DNA from: Thermodesulfobium acidiphilum
GTDB lineage: Bacteria; Thermodesulfobiota; Thermodesulfobiia; Thermodesulfobiales; Thermodesulfobiaceae
Reading direction: 5' to 3'
DNA: 64,000 bases
Assembly: GCF_003057965.1 (NCBI RefSeq)
Contig: NZ_CP020921.1
Location: 332,100 to 396,099, forward strand
This document shows, piece by piece, positions 49,569-58,884 of this stretch. Each line of letters opens with the position of its first letter. Position 1 is the first letter of the stretch. The notes under the pieces were generated by a model. It was given only the letters and a program-made list of their open reading frames with translations, was not told the origin of the DNA and ran no database searches. The position numbers and the translations under genes are program-made.

Positions 49569-50702
49569 TTGAATCTCGGTAACGCAAAAGAAAACAGACT
49601 ATTTGTGATAAATAATGAGAAAAGATATTTTGCGACCGCAGATGATATACACCCAGAGATAGAAAATAATTCGCTTTCGTATATTGTCAAAGCTATAACG
49701 GATAATTCTACAGTGCTTGATGTTGGCTGTTCGTATGGTTACTTAGGCGAATGGCTAACAAAGAATAAAAACTGTCAAGTATATGGAATAGATATAGATG
49801 AAGAAGCTTTAGGGTATGTGAAAGAAAGAGGATACTACAAAGATGTATTTCATTTAGACCTTGATTACCCCCAAAATACAAAAGATGAATTTGAGAGATT
49901 TGCAAAACTACAAAATATTTTTGATTTTGCAATATGTGCAGATGTTTTAGAGCACCTAAAGAATCCTACAAATGCATTGGATTTTATTTCTTCAAAGCTT
50001 AAATTAGGCGGACAGGTTTTAATTAGCATACCTAATATTGCACATATGGATATAATCCTAAACTTATTAGAAAGTAAATTTAATTATTCTGAGTTTGGCA
50101 TATTAGACAATACTCATTTAAGATTTTTTACGAAAAAGTCATTTGCTGAATGGATAAAAAACGCCAATGAATTTTACAAAGACAAGGGGTTTAAATTTGA
50201 TGCTAAATATCTGGGCGCTACTACGTATGTTTCAGAATTTTTGGTAGATGTCAAAAATAATCATGCTGAATTATATAGTAAAATATTGGGGATTAATAAT
50301 GAGCTTGAAATATTGCAGCATATTTTTGTACTAACTAAGGTTAATAGTTTTGCAAATACTTATAACTTAGATGAAATAATAAACACAGTAAACTACCCCA
50401 ATGCTTTTTCAATTATTGCTTCAAGCATATCCTCTTTAGAAAATGAATTAACATTCAAAGATTCACATATTCAAGAACTAAACTCCAAAGTAGCCTCATT
50501 AGAGAACGAATTAGAATCAAGAGAGGTTGAAATCAAAAATCTAAATAACGAGCTTACAAACAAAGATTCATATATTCAAGAACTAAACTCCAAAGTAGAC
50601 TCTTTAGAAAACGAATTAATTTCTGTTTTGCAAAGCAGAAGTTGGCGCTATACAAGGCCGATAAGAAAACTCTTACATAAATTGAAACTGAACAAAAAAT
50701 AA
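49569..50702 (+). CDS. SAM-dependent methyltransferase with C-terminal coiled coil
   Basis: VLDVGCSYG, ADVLEHL, SIPNIAH, GILDNTHLRFFT, heptad repeats, terminal SRSWRYTRPIR. Confidence 0.85.
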   Translation: MNLGNAKENRLFVINNEKRYFATADDIHPEIENNSLSYIVKAITDNSTVLDVGCSYGYLGEWLTKNKNCQVYGIDIDEEALGYVKERGYYKDVFHLDLDYPQNTKDEFERFAKLQNIFDFAICADVLEHLKNPTNALDFISSKLKLGGQVLISIPNIAHMDIILNLLESKFNYSEFGILDNTHLRFFTKKSFAEWIKNANEFYKDKGFKFDAKYLGATTYVSEFLVDVKNNHAELYSKILGINNELEILQHIFVLTKVNSFANTYNLDEIINTVNYPNAFSIIASSISSLENELTFKDSHIQELNSKVASLENELESREVEIKNLNNELTNKDSYIQELNSKVDSLENELISVLQSRSWRYTRPIRKLLHKLKLNKK

Positions 50703-50716
50703 AGGGGATAGAGGAT

Positions 50717-53014
50717 ATGTTTAAAATTGCCAGATTACTTAGTTTCTTTAGAAAAAGATATGTCATAAAGAAGAGTAGATTATTTGATGAAATATATTAT
50801 TTAAAGTCATATCCAGATGTAAGAGCTGCTGATGTAGATCCAATAAAACACTATATATTATTCGGTGCAAAGGAAAGAAGAAATCCCAGTCCATATTTTC
50901 AGACTGCTTTTTATTTAGATAAATATCCAGATGTAGCCCAAAGCGGTATAAATCCACTCTTGCATTATATTTTATTTGGTGCAAAAGAAGGAAGATGGCC
51001 AAATCCTGAGTTTGACTCAGGATATTACTTGTTAGCAAACCCAGATGTTAAAAAGGCAGGATTAAATCCACTTCTACACTATATATTATTTGGACAACAT
51101 GAAGGCAGAAAAGCAAAAGGCAACAGTGAAGTGAGATTATTAACAATTCAAAATGAGCCTACAAAACTTATAAAACTATTGAGATTAATTAATAAAACGC
51201 ATATCAAAAAGAGCATTGATTACATAAGAATGTATGGATTAAAAGCGTTTTTTAGAAAAGTTAAGATGAAATTGGTTAGTGATAAAAGAATACAATTTTT
51301 AGATGATATGGACCATGATATTCTTTATCAATGTTGGATAACTCAGAATGAGCCATCGGTAGAGGAATTGCTTGCCCAAAGAACTACAAAATTTAACTAC
51401 GAACCCAAAATAAGTATTATTGTACCTGTTTGGACTACACCAAAGCAATTTCTAATTGATATGATAGAGTCAGTATTGAACCAAACGTATTCAAATTGGG
51501 AACTATGTATTGCAGATGGTGCAAGCAAAGAAGCCTATGTAAAAGATGTGTTAGAAGAATATATCAAAAAAGACGATAGAATTAAAGTAAAATATCTTTC
51601 TGAAAATAAAGGAATTGTTGGGAATTCAAATGAAGCTTTAAGCATATCAACAGGTGATTATGTTGCTTTGTTAGATCATGATGACACATTAGCTCCATTT
51701 GCATTATTTGAAGTAGTAAAGGCAATAAATGAAAACGAAAATGCAGATTTTATATATTCTGATGAAGATAAAATCTCAGAAGATGGTACTAAAAGATTTA
51801 ATCCACATTTTAAGCCAGATTGGAGTCCTGATACACTTAGAAGCTACAACTACATAGCGCATTTATCAGTAATAAAGAAAGAGCTTTTAAATGAAGTTGG
51901 TTGGTTTAGAGAAGGATATGACGGCTCTCAAGATTACGATCTGATACTTAGGTGTACAGAAAAAGCAAAGAAAATAGTACATATCCCTAAGATTTTATAT
52001 CATTGGAGAATATCCCAAAATTCAACTGCTCAAAATCCGAATAGCAAATTATATGCATTTGAATCTGCTAAAAAACTTTTAAAAGATCATTTGGATAGAA
52101 TTAGATTAAAGGGAAAAGTAAGGGACGGCTTGTTTCTTGGATCTTATAAAATAGACTACGATATAACTCGCAACTATAAGATTTCAATAATAATTCCAAA
52201 CAAAGATCACAAAGAAGACCTTGAAAGATGTATTAACTCTATCTTGAGTAAGTCTACATATAAAAATTACGAGATTATAATAGTTGAAAATAGCAGTACC
52301 CAAGAGAAGACTTTTAAATATTATGAATACCTACAAAATAAATACAACAACATTTTCATATTGGAGTGGAAAGATGCATTTAATTATTCAGCTGTCAACA
52401 ATTTTGCAGCTAAGTATGCTAAAGGTGATATATTACTTTTTTTAAATAACGATACTGAGGTTATAAATAAAAATTGGTTAGAAGAAATGATTCAATATGT
52501 TCAAAGAAAAGATGTAGGTGCTGTTGGTGCAAAATTATACTATCCTGATGATACGATTCAACATGCCGGCGTCATCATAGGGATGCTTGGAATTGCGGGA
52601 CATTCTCACAGGTATTTCCCTAAAAATTCTTTTGGATATTTTGGGAAGTTAGGAATTGTACAAAACTTATCAGCAGTAACTGGTGCATGTTTAATGATGC
52701 GTAAAGACGTTTTTAATGAAGTTGGAGGATTTGATGAGGAATATCCTTTAGTATTTAATGATGTAGATATTTGTTTAAAGGTAAGAGGAAAGGGATATTT
52801 AGTAGTATGGACACCTTATGCAGAACTTTATCATCATGAATCAAAAACCCGTGGATTTGAAGATACTCCAGAGAAGCAAGAAAGATTTAAGAAAGAAATA
52901 GAATTATTTAAGAAGAAATGGGGGTATATTCTTGAAAATTGCGATCCATATTACAATCCAAATTTAACTTTAGAAAGAGAGGATTTTTCATACTCAAGAA
53001 AACCGGATGTATAA
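50717..53014 (+). CDS. Dual-domain GT2 glycosyltransferase with N-terminal repeats
   Basis: Two GT2 domains (ISIIVPV...LLDHDD; ISIIIPNKD...LLFLNND); three FDxxYYLxxYPDV...NPLLHYILFG repeats. Confidence 0.9.
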   Translation: MFKIARLLSFFRKRYVIKKSRLFDEIYYLKSYPDVRAADVDPIKHYILFGAKERRNPSPYFQTAFYLDKYPDVAQSGINPLLHYILFGAKEGRWPNPEFDSGYYLLANPDVKKAGLNPLLHYILFGQHEGRKAKGNSEVRLLTIQNEPTKLIKLLRLINKTHIKKSIDYIRMYGLKAFFRKVKMKLVSDKRIQFLDDMDHDILYQCWITQNEPSVEELLAQRTTKFNYEPKISIIVPVWTTPKQFLIDMIESVLNQTYSNWELCIADGASKEAYVKDVLEEYIKKDDRIKVKYLSENKGIVGNSNEALSISTGDYVALLDHDDTLAPFALFEVVKAINENENADFIYSDEDKISEDGTKRFNPHFKPDWSPDTLRSYNYIAHLSVIKKELLNEVGWFREGYDGSQDYDLILRCTEKAKKIVHIPKILYHWRISQNSTAQNPNSKLYAFESAKKLLKDHLDRIRLKGKVRDGLFLGSYKIDYDITRNYKISIIIPNKDHKEDLERCINSILSKSTYKNYEIIIVENSSTQEKTFKYYEYLQNKYNNIFILEWKDAFNYSAVNNFAAKYAKGDILLFLNNDTEVINKNWLEEMIQYVQRKDVGAVGAKLYYPDDTIQHAGVIIGMLGIAGHSHRYFPKNSFGYFGKLGIVQNLSAVTGACLMMRKDVFNEVGGFDEEYPLVFNDVDICLKVRGKGYLVVWTPYAELYHHESKTRGFEDTPEKQERFKKEIELFKKKWGYILENCDPYYNPNLTLEREDFSYSRKPDV

Positions 53015-53049
53015 GTATTTTAAAAAACTTAATGAAAAAATTTAGACAA

Positions 53050-53250
53050 TTTGATGGTTTTAAGAAGATGCTTTTTTGCTTTAAGTTATAATGATTTTAT
53101 TGTTGATAAAAAGGTAAAGGCTCTTATGAGTAAGCTATAAATAACAGCCATATATCCAGAGAAAGTTGTTGGTACTCTAAGTGATACAACATCTGTTTAT
53201 GGTGAACCAGATGTTTTTAATATTGATCAAGGTTTTCAATTAAGGTTTTA
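53050..53250 (+). mobile_element. Degenerate, internally deleted IS3-family transposase relic
   Basis: KKVKALMSKL*ITAIYP resembles IS3 'KRVxRLMxxMGxxAIYP' and is fused to YGEPDVFNIDQGFQ, which resembles 'YGxPEIFNTDQGSQ'. Confidence 0.6.
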
Positions 53251-53378
53251 TATGGCTGATTTAGGGGATGCAATCTAAATGAGAAATTAAGGAAAATAAT
53301 AAATTGATTTAACAAAGGATTATAGGTTAAATTGTTTTATTTGGCATAAAAAACTTTTATTCAGAAAGGAAAATTTGT

Positions 53379-55124
53379 GTGAAAGTTAGCTTAAATAATA
53401 ATGGAAATAGCAAACAAATAGGCTCGATTGAAGTTAAAAATTTCTTTAAAATAATATATATATATATATTTACAGCAGTACCAATTATTTTTTATTTATG
53501 GATAATTTTAAGATTCACTGTCAATATGCCATGGTGGGATGATTATGACGCTGTTTTGAATTGGATCAACAGGTTTATATCTCATCAAAACAATTTTAAC
53601 TATCTGATTTCAATGCTATTTGAACAACATAACGAGCATAGAATACTTTTTGATAGAATCTTTATATTATTTAATTATTATGTTTTTGGTTCAATAAATT
53701 TTATATTTTTAAACTATATAGGATATCTTGGTTTATTCGCAATATTTGGATTAATGCTTTGGCTTAGTGTGAAAAATGGTGTGTCTGGCATATATTTACT
53801 ACCTATTCCCTTTTTGACTTTTTCGCTATGTCAATACGAATTAATTTCTTTTGCAATGGCATCTATGCAACAGTATTGGCAACTCTTTTTTTGTTTAATT
53901 GCTATCATATTAATTACTAAAAACGAAGATATTAAAACTAGTTATTTGGTATTAAGTCTTTTATTTTCTATAATAGCTTCTTTTACTGGCGCTGGCGGCT
54001 TAATAGTTTTTCCTACAACTTTAATCTATCTTATAATTTATAAAAGAGGAATTAAAAATATAATCATATGGCTATCTATATCGATATTAACATTTATTTT
54101 TTATTTTGTTATTTTACAATACCATCAAACTGCAATAGGTATAGCAAGCCATCAGTTTGTTGTTGAACATCCATTAAAATATATAGCGTATATCTTTTGT
54201 TTTATTGGAAACATTGCAGGTGATAAAATCACCTCATTTATCTTGGGATTACTTTTATTTTTATCTATTTTGTTTTTGGGCTCAAAATTTTACAAAAAAA
54301 ACACAGCGTTAATATTAATTTCATTCTTTATTATAGCAACAGCAGCAGCTGCCGGGCTTAGTAGGGTTAGTATGGGGGTAGTAGAAGCAACTTCTTCTAG
54401 ATATACTATTTACTCTTCAATATTATTAGCATGTTTGTACATTCTGTTGATTGGTAGAATAAAATCTATTCTTTACAAACGCAACATTTTTATAATTTCA
54501 AGCTTAATAGCCATATCAATTTTTTTGTGCTGGGTTCCTAAAGGTATTGCTTCATTAGAGAACAAAGAAGTTTTGTTAAAGTCAAGTCTTGTGTATCCAT
54601 CAGAACAAAGAGCTATAAAAATATTAGAAAATTCATTTAAATTGGGCACTTTTATGCCTATTGCTCAAATATATAAATTTTTGCCTTCTTATTATGCTTT
54701 TGCTATTGATCTAAATCAACCAACCTCTTACACAATAGAATCAATCACATTAAATAATACAAAACCTTTATATAACTTATCACAAAATCCTACACCTCCA
54801 ACTGATATAAATCTAACAAAAAATGATAAAAATGACATTATCCAAATATCTGGCTGGGCAGTAGACAGCGTTGCAAAAAATGCTGATAGAGGTGTTATTG
54901 CAGTAATAGATAATAAATATTTTTATCCGTTAGGAAGTGGAGTCCAAAGACCTGATGTAAGTAAGGCTTTTAATAACTCAAATTATGAATATTCCGGATT
55001 TAGTGGTTCAATACCTTTGAACGAATTAAGTTATGGGAAACACATTTTAACCTTAAGAATAATAAATTATGATGAAACTGGTTATTATGAATCTAAGCCA
55101 ATAGAACTAAATATTGAAAAGTAA
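53379..55124 (+). CDS. Polytopic membrane protein, putative GT-C (GtrC-like) with C-terminal soluble domain
   Basis: NMPWWDDY, EQHNEHR, SSRY; about 11 TMs; C-terminal ISGWAVD...RPDV...GF domain; within the polysaccharide cluster. Confidence 0.6.
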   Translation: MKVSLNNNGNSKQIGSIEVKNFFKIIYIYIFTAVPIIFYLWIILRFTVNMPWWDDYDAVLNWINRFISHQNNFNYLISMLFEQHNEHRILFDRIFILFNYYVFGSINFIFLNYIGYLGLFAIFGLMLWLSVKNGVSGIYLLPIPFLTFSLCQYELISFAMASMQQYWQLFFCLIAIILITKNEDIKTSYLVLSLLFSIIASFTGAGGLIVFPTTLIYLIIYKRGIKNIIIWLSISILTFIFYFVILQYHQTAIGIASHQFVVEHPLKYIAYIFCFIGNIAGDKITSFILGLLLFLSILFLGSKFYKKNTALILISFFIIATAAAAGLSRVSMGVVEATSSRYTIYSSILLACLYILLIGRIKSILYKRNIFIISSLIAISIFLCWVPKGIASLENKEVLLKSSLVYPSEQRAIKILENSFKLGTFMPIAQIYKFLPSYYAFAIDLNQPTSYTIESITLNNTKPLYNLSQNPTPPTDINLTKNDKNDIIQISGWAVDSVAKNADRGVIAVIDNKYFYPLGSGVQRPDVSKAFNNSNYEYSGFSGSIPLNELSYGKHILTLRIINYDETGYYESKPIELNIEK

Positions 55125-55201
55125 TGTAGAATAATTATGAATTGTGTTATCTTTAATTTATTTATCTCAACTATCTGGAGGTTCATATTAAAGATTTAGA
55201 A

Positions 55202-55390
55202 TTGAATGCTGATAAAGTTTTTCTCACGCATAAAGAAAGGGTAGTCAGGTTTATCCTCATAGGTTTAATTTCTGCTGCCTTTAACTTTCTTCTAATATAT
55301 GTCTTCATAGATCTTTTCAGAATGAACTCTTTATTTGATGACGAGTTGCGATTGATTGATATTGGGTCTTATTCTCAAATTTTTAAATAA
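55202..55390 (+). pseudogene. Truncated GtrA-like flippase fragment fused to a YafQ-like C-terminal tail
   Basis: VRFILIGLISAAFNFLLIYVF (GtrA N-terminus), then DDELRLIDIGSYSQIF. Confidence 0.55.
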
Positions 55391-55522
55391 AATTATAAAA
55401 ATTTTTTTAAACACTGTGCTTTTTGCTTAAATTGTAGGTAAATTGTAAGATAAACCAAATCTCTACAAACAAAAGATTGGATAAAATTTACATCGATGTT
55501 AAGAAATCTAAAAAATAATAAT

Positions 55523-57172
55523 CTACTCTACGCTTAAACTTCCACTAATCACACCATCATTAAAGTTTACGCTTATATTTGATACCTCACCGTCTATAGG
55601 ACTAAATATATTTAATCTTTCAATGTGTCTGTTGTTATTTTCAATCTGAACGCTTAACTTAGCCTGTTCAGACTGAATGCTTGCAATCTCAAGCTCTTCA
55701 TTTGCCTTCAGATTAGATATATCATTCTCAATATTCTTTACTGCCTGCTCAGAGATTAAGCCTTCTCTATAAAGATTTTTATTTAATTCAAGTTCTTTAT
55801 ATTTACTTTCGAGTTTTTCTTTGTAATTTGCCTGTATCTTTTCTATAGAGTTATTTAGTTTTGAAAAATCTATATAATTTTTATTATTCTCAAGTTTTAA
55901 AGCGTCCTGTTCTTTCGATGATATAACGAGTATGTCGCCTTTCTTTACCTTCTGGCCTACTTTAACCTTTATGTCTGATATGTCAAGTGCGTTAAAGCGT
56001 ACAGTGATTTTATTTATATTTTCAGGGATATTTTTATCTGTATAATTTTTTTTCTCTGAAGTGTAATTGAGTTCTGAAGCGTGCGCTACGTCTTTATAAA
56101 CTTTCTTCTCATATCTTATTGCAAGCTTACCACTGGTTATATGTGTATTCTTTAGCCTGTCAAGGTCTTCAAGCCTTGCAAACTGTAACTCTATTCTCTT
56201 TTGGTTTAACTTTATAGGGTTATATTGTGTGGGATATGAGGCTATATGATAGTGTTCATCGTCTATATATAACTCGCCTGTAATAAATGCTCTTGTGTCA
56301 GGGTCAGTAATGCTACTTTCAATGTCTGAGATAATTTTACGTATATTCGTCCTGTAAACGCTAATATTTTTGTTTGATATCAAGATATTATCGCCTGTCT
56401 TCTCTTCCATAGAAAACGGCTGGATATTATCAGTTATGCCTTTTCCTACGCTATAGAGATATCCTGTTTCAGTGTCTTCTACTATAAGGCTATTTGCGCC
56501 TATCCATCCACAAGCCTTAAACTGCTTGTTAATCTTCTCGTGTGTAACGTTGTGAATGCCTTTAAGGTTAACAATTGTTTCTTTCTCTGATGCCTCATAT
56601 TTCACGTCTGACAATGCGCCTACTGGATTTTGAATAATTGAATGAATTATTTTTTTATAGCTCTCTGTTGGTAGACAAATAACAAATAGTAATATAAATA
56701 TTCCTGCTAATATTTTCTCTACCTTGCTACCTGGCATGAAGCCTCTAAATGCTGCATCTTTTTTCGTAATAAGTGAAAACCTGATAAATGAAGGATAAAG
56801 AAGCCTTACGCCTGTAACAGAAAAGCTTTCTAATATTAAGTGTGAAATATAGCCTATCTCTAAGCTAAGCAAATAAGAAGTGTTTAATTTAAAGATAAAG
56901 AATGCTAAGTTTATTAATAGAGAAAAAATTAGATAACATAGTATTGAGTTTGTAAAGTCTATTATTTCCTGTTGGTTAACAGTAAGCTTATTAAAAATTG
57001 TAAAGGTTGATGATTTTCTGATTTTAAAGAGTATAACTGGCGTAAAACATATAAGGTTAGAGAATACACAGAGAATATAAAAGAATACATCAATCTTTAC
57101 GTCATACGGTAAAAGTATCCTTACAAGCTGAATAAAAAGTAATGAAAAAGCTATATGAGTATAGAAGCTCAT
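55523..57172 (-). CDS. YdjM-like membrane domain fused to an MFP-type lipoyl/alpha-hairpin domain
   Basis: MSFYTH...GYISHLILESFSVTGVRLLYP (YdjM-like); C-terminal VKVGQKVKKGDILV, coiled coil, IFSPIDGEVSNI. Confidence 0.7.
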   Translation of the reverse strand: MSFYTHIAFSLLFIQLVRILLPYDVKIDVFFYILCVFSNLICFTPVILFKIRKSSTFTIFNKLTVNQQEIIDFTNSILCYLIFSLLINLAFFIFKLNTSYLLSLEIGYISHLILESFSVTGVRLLYPSFIRFSLITKKDAAFRGFMPGSKVEKILAGIFILLFVICLPTESYKKIIHSIIQNPVGALSDVKYEASEKETIVNLKGIHNVTHEKINKQFKACGWIGANSLIVEDTETGYLYSVGKGITDNIQPFSMEEKTGDNILISNKNISVYRTNIRKIISDIESSITDPDTRAFITGELYIDDEHYHIASYPTQYNPIKLNQKRIELQFARLEDLDRLKNTHITSGKLAIRYEKKVYKDVAHASELNYTSEKKNYTDKNIPENINKITVRFNALDISDIKVKVGQKVKKGDILVISSKEQDALKLENNKNYIDFSKLNNSIEKIQANYKEKLESKYKELELNKNLYREGLISEQAVKNIENDISNLKANEELEIASIQSEQAKLSVQIENNNRHIERLNIFSPIDGEVSNISVNFNDGVISGSLSVE

Positions 57173-57774
57173 AAAGTTATCTCCATTTCTTTTATTTTCA
57201 ATTCATCCTCTGTCTGCTCAAGCCTGCTTTTTATGTCAAGTAATTCTATGATCACTTTTTCCACCTCATCCCTGGTAATAAGTCCTGCATTGTATCTGTT
57301 CTGGACAATTTTAACCTGTGCCTCTTTTAATTTTAACTGTGCTTTTAAATTTTCTAACAAATTCTTTAGCCTCTTTATTTCTGCTATCTTAGCGTTATAC
57401 TCAAGCGTCAATTTCTTTTTAATCTCTTTTAAATTAGCTTCTTTTTGCTGTAGTTCAATCTTTGCAAGCTCAATTTTTTCTTTGTACGTAGAAGTATTTA
57501 AAAATATATCCGTAATATTTCCTGATACTGATATCCCTGATGTGACATAGCCTTTAGATGGGTCATATCCTGAATGATAATGAATTTCTGGCTCTGATGC
57601 CTTCTTTAACTCTTTCTTCTGAATTTCAAGGTTTATTTTAGCCTTATCGTAATCATTTTTCGCTGTGATGTATTGATTATTTTTTGCTATGTATTCGTCA
57701 AGCGTTACAATCTCATTTGCTTGTGCTTTTTGAAAGGTTAGAAGTAAAAATAATATAGTTAAGATTAGCTTCAT
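57169..57774 (-). CDS. Exported single-repeat TolC/OEP-like protein
   Basis: Signal peptide (KAQA), helix, P-initiated beta-hairpin, long helices with QNRYNAGLIT; only 201 aa. Confidence 0.65.
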   Translation of the reverse strand: MKLILTILFLLLTFQKAQANEIVTLDEYIAKNNQYITAKNDYDKAKINLEIQKKELKKASEPEIHYHSGYDPSKGYVTSGISVSGNITDIFLNTSTYKEKIELAKIELQQKEANLKEIKKKLTLEYNAKIAEIKRLKNLLENLKAQLKLKEAQVKIVQNRYNAGLITRDEVEKVIIELLDIKSRLEQTEDELKIKEMEITL

Positions 57775-58844
57775 ATAGTAATCCCAAAAAATATTTTAGA
57801 ATTCTGGATATTAGCCGTTAAAAAGCCTGGTTGTCCTGTAATCTTAAATATCTTTATTCCTGCCTTCACGGCAAGGTTATTCTCTTGATATGTGATGCCA
57901 AAAAGCCCTTTATCGTTATTGATTGAAAAATTAATATTAGTCCCTGTGTGCCTGTCCTGCCTTGTGATATTCGTATACAGGCTTATAGTTGTATTTCTGT
58001 CTTCACCGTCTCTTAAATCTTTTTCAATTGATGCGGATATAGAATAGTTAGTAATCTTATGGTATACCACTGATATTGAACTGTTAAAGTCTGCAACGTT
58101 AAAATATCTGTCTATCATAAATGTAGATTTTATTTTGTCTGATTTAGTTAATGTGTGCCTTATATTAAAGTCAAATATCTTTTTATAGCTTGACATCTGA
58201 TATGTAGGATGGCCTTTCAAGAAGTTAGCGTATATGTCAGATTTGATAGTCTTAAAATAAACGCTCTGGCTAATATAAAGGTCTTTCTTTTGTGCTATCT
58301 CTGAACCTGTAGTTGAGAAGTAATTTTCAATCTTTAATCTTTTGTGATCATACTTGTTATATATGCTGCTTCCTGATAGTGCCTTAGTTTTCTTGTCAAA
58401 CTCAGAACCTATTGAAGTAGAAAATTCACCTGTTACGTATCTGGTCCCAAAGATAACATTTTCTCTCTTTTTCTCTTTGTCTGTGCTGTCTATGTAAAAG
58501 TAGTGTATGCCGTCCTTTTCTGAGTTGTCAGCTACTGCGTAATAATATCCTTTAAGATATTTTGCCTTTGGCCTGGTGAATAAATTTTTCTTTTCTTCTT
58601 CTGGATAATCGTAAACCCTGCCCGTGAAATACTCAAAGCCTTTTTCTTTCTCTTTAAAAGATAAGCCCTGTGCGCTTCTTTGATAGTGTCCTGCCTGTAT
58701 ATAACAGTCTCCTACGTTATAACTCATAAAATAATCTTCAGCGCTAATATTGGCTTTATTTTTTGTAATCTCTAAACTTGTAACGTCTGCATAAGCCTTA
58801 TTATTTAGAGACAAAAATATAAAAATCAACAAAGTTATCCACAT
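57771..58844 (-). CDS. Hypothetical exported beta-rich protein, putative outer-membrane beta-barrel
   Basis: Signal peptide (AYA), alternating-pattern strands rich in Y/F, ends KIFFGITI. Confidence 0.55.
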   Translation of the reverse strand: MWITLLIFIFLSLNNKAYADVTSLEITKNKANISAEDYFMSYNVGDCYIQAGHYQRSAQGLSFKEKEKGFEYFTGRVYDYPEEEKKNLFTRPKAKYLKGYYYAVADNSEKDGIHYFYIDSTDKEKKRENVIFGTRYVTGEFSTSIGSEFDKKTKALSGSSIYNKYDHKRLKIENYFSTTGSEIAQKKDLYISQSVYFKTIKSDIYANFLKGHPTYQMSSYKKIFDFNIRHTLTKSDKIKSTFMIDRYFNVADFNSSISVVYHKITNYSISASIEKDLRDGEDRNTTISLYTNITRQDRHTGTNINFSINNDKGLFGITYQENNLAVKAGIKIFKITGQPGFLTANIQNSKIFFGITI

Positions 58845-58876
58845 GATATAAACAAGTTATCAACAAGTTATCCACA
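58835..58876 (+). promoter_or_regulatory. Array of four DnaA-box-like 9-mers at 11-bp period
   Basis: TTATCCACA (58835), ATATAAACA (58846, degenerate), TTATCAACA (58857), TTATCCACA (58868). Confidence 0.7.
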
Positions 58877-58884
58877 TATATCTA

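Noticed and set aside
55120-55155. dif-like site near the + to - gene-orientation switch
   Set aside because: The match to XerC/XerD arms is poor and the spacer is the wrong length. An island explains the switch equally well.
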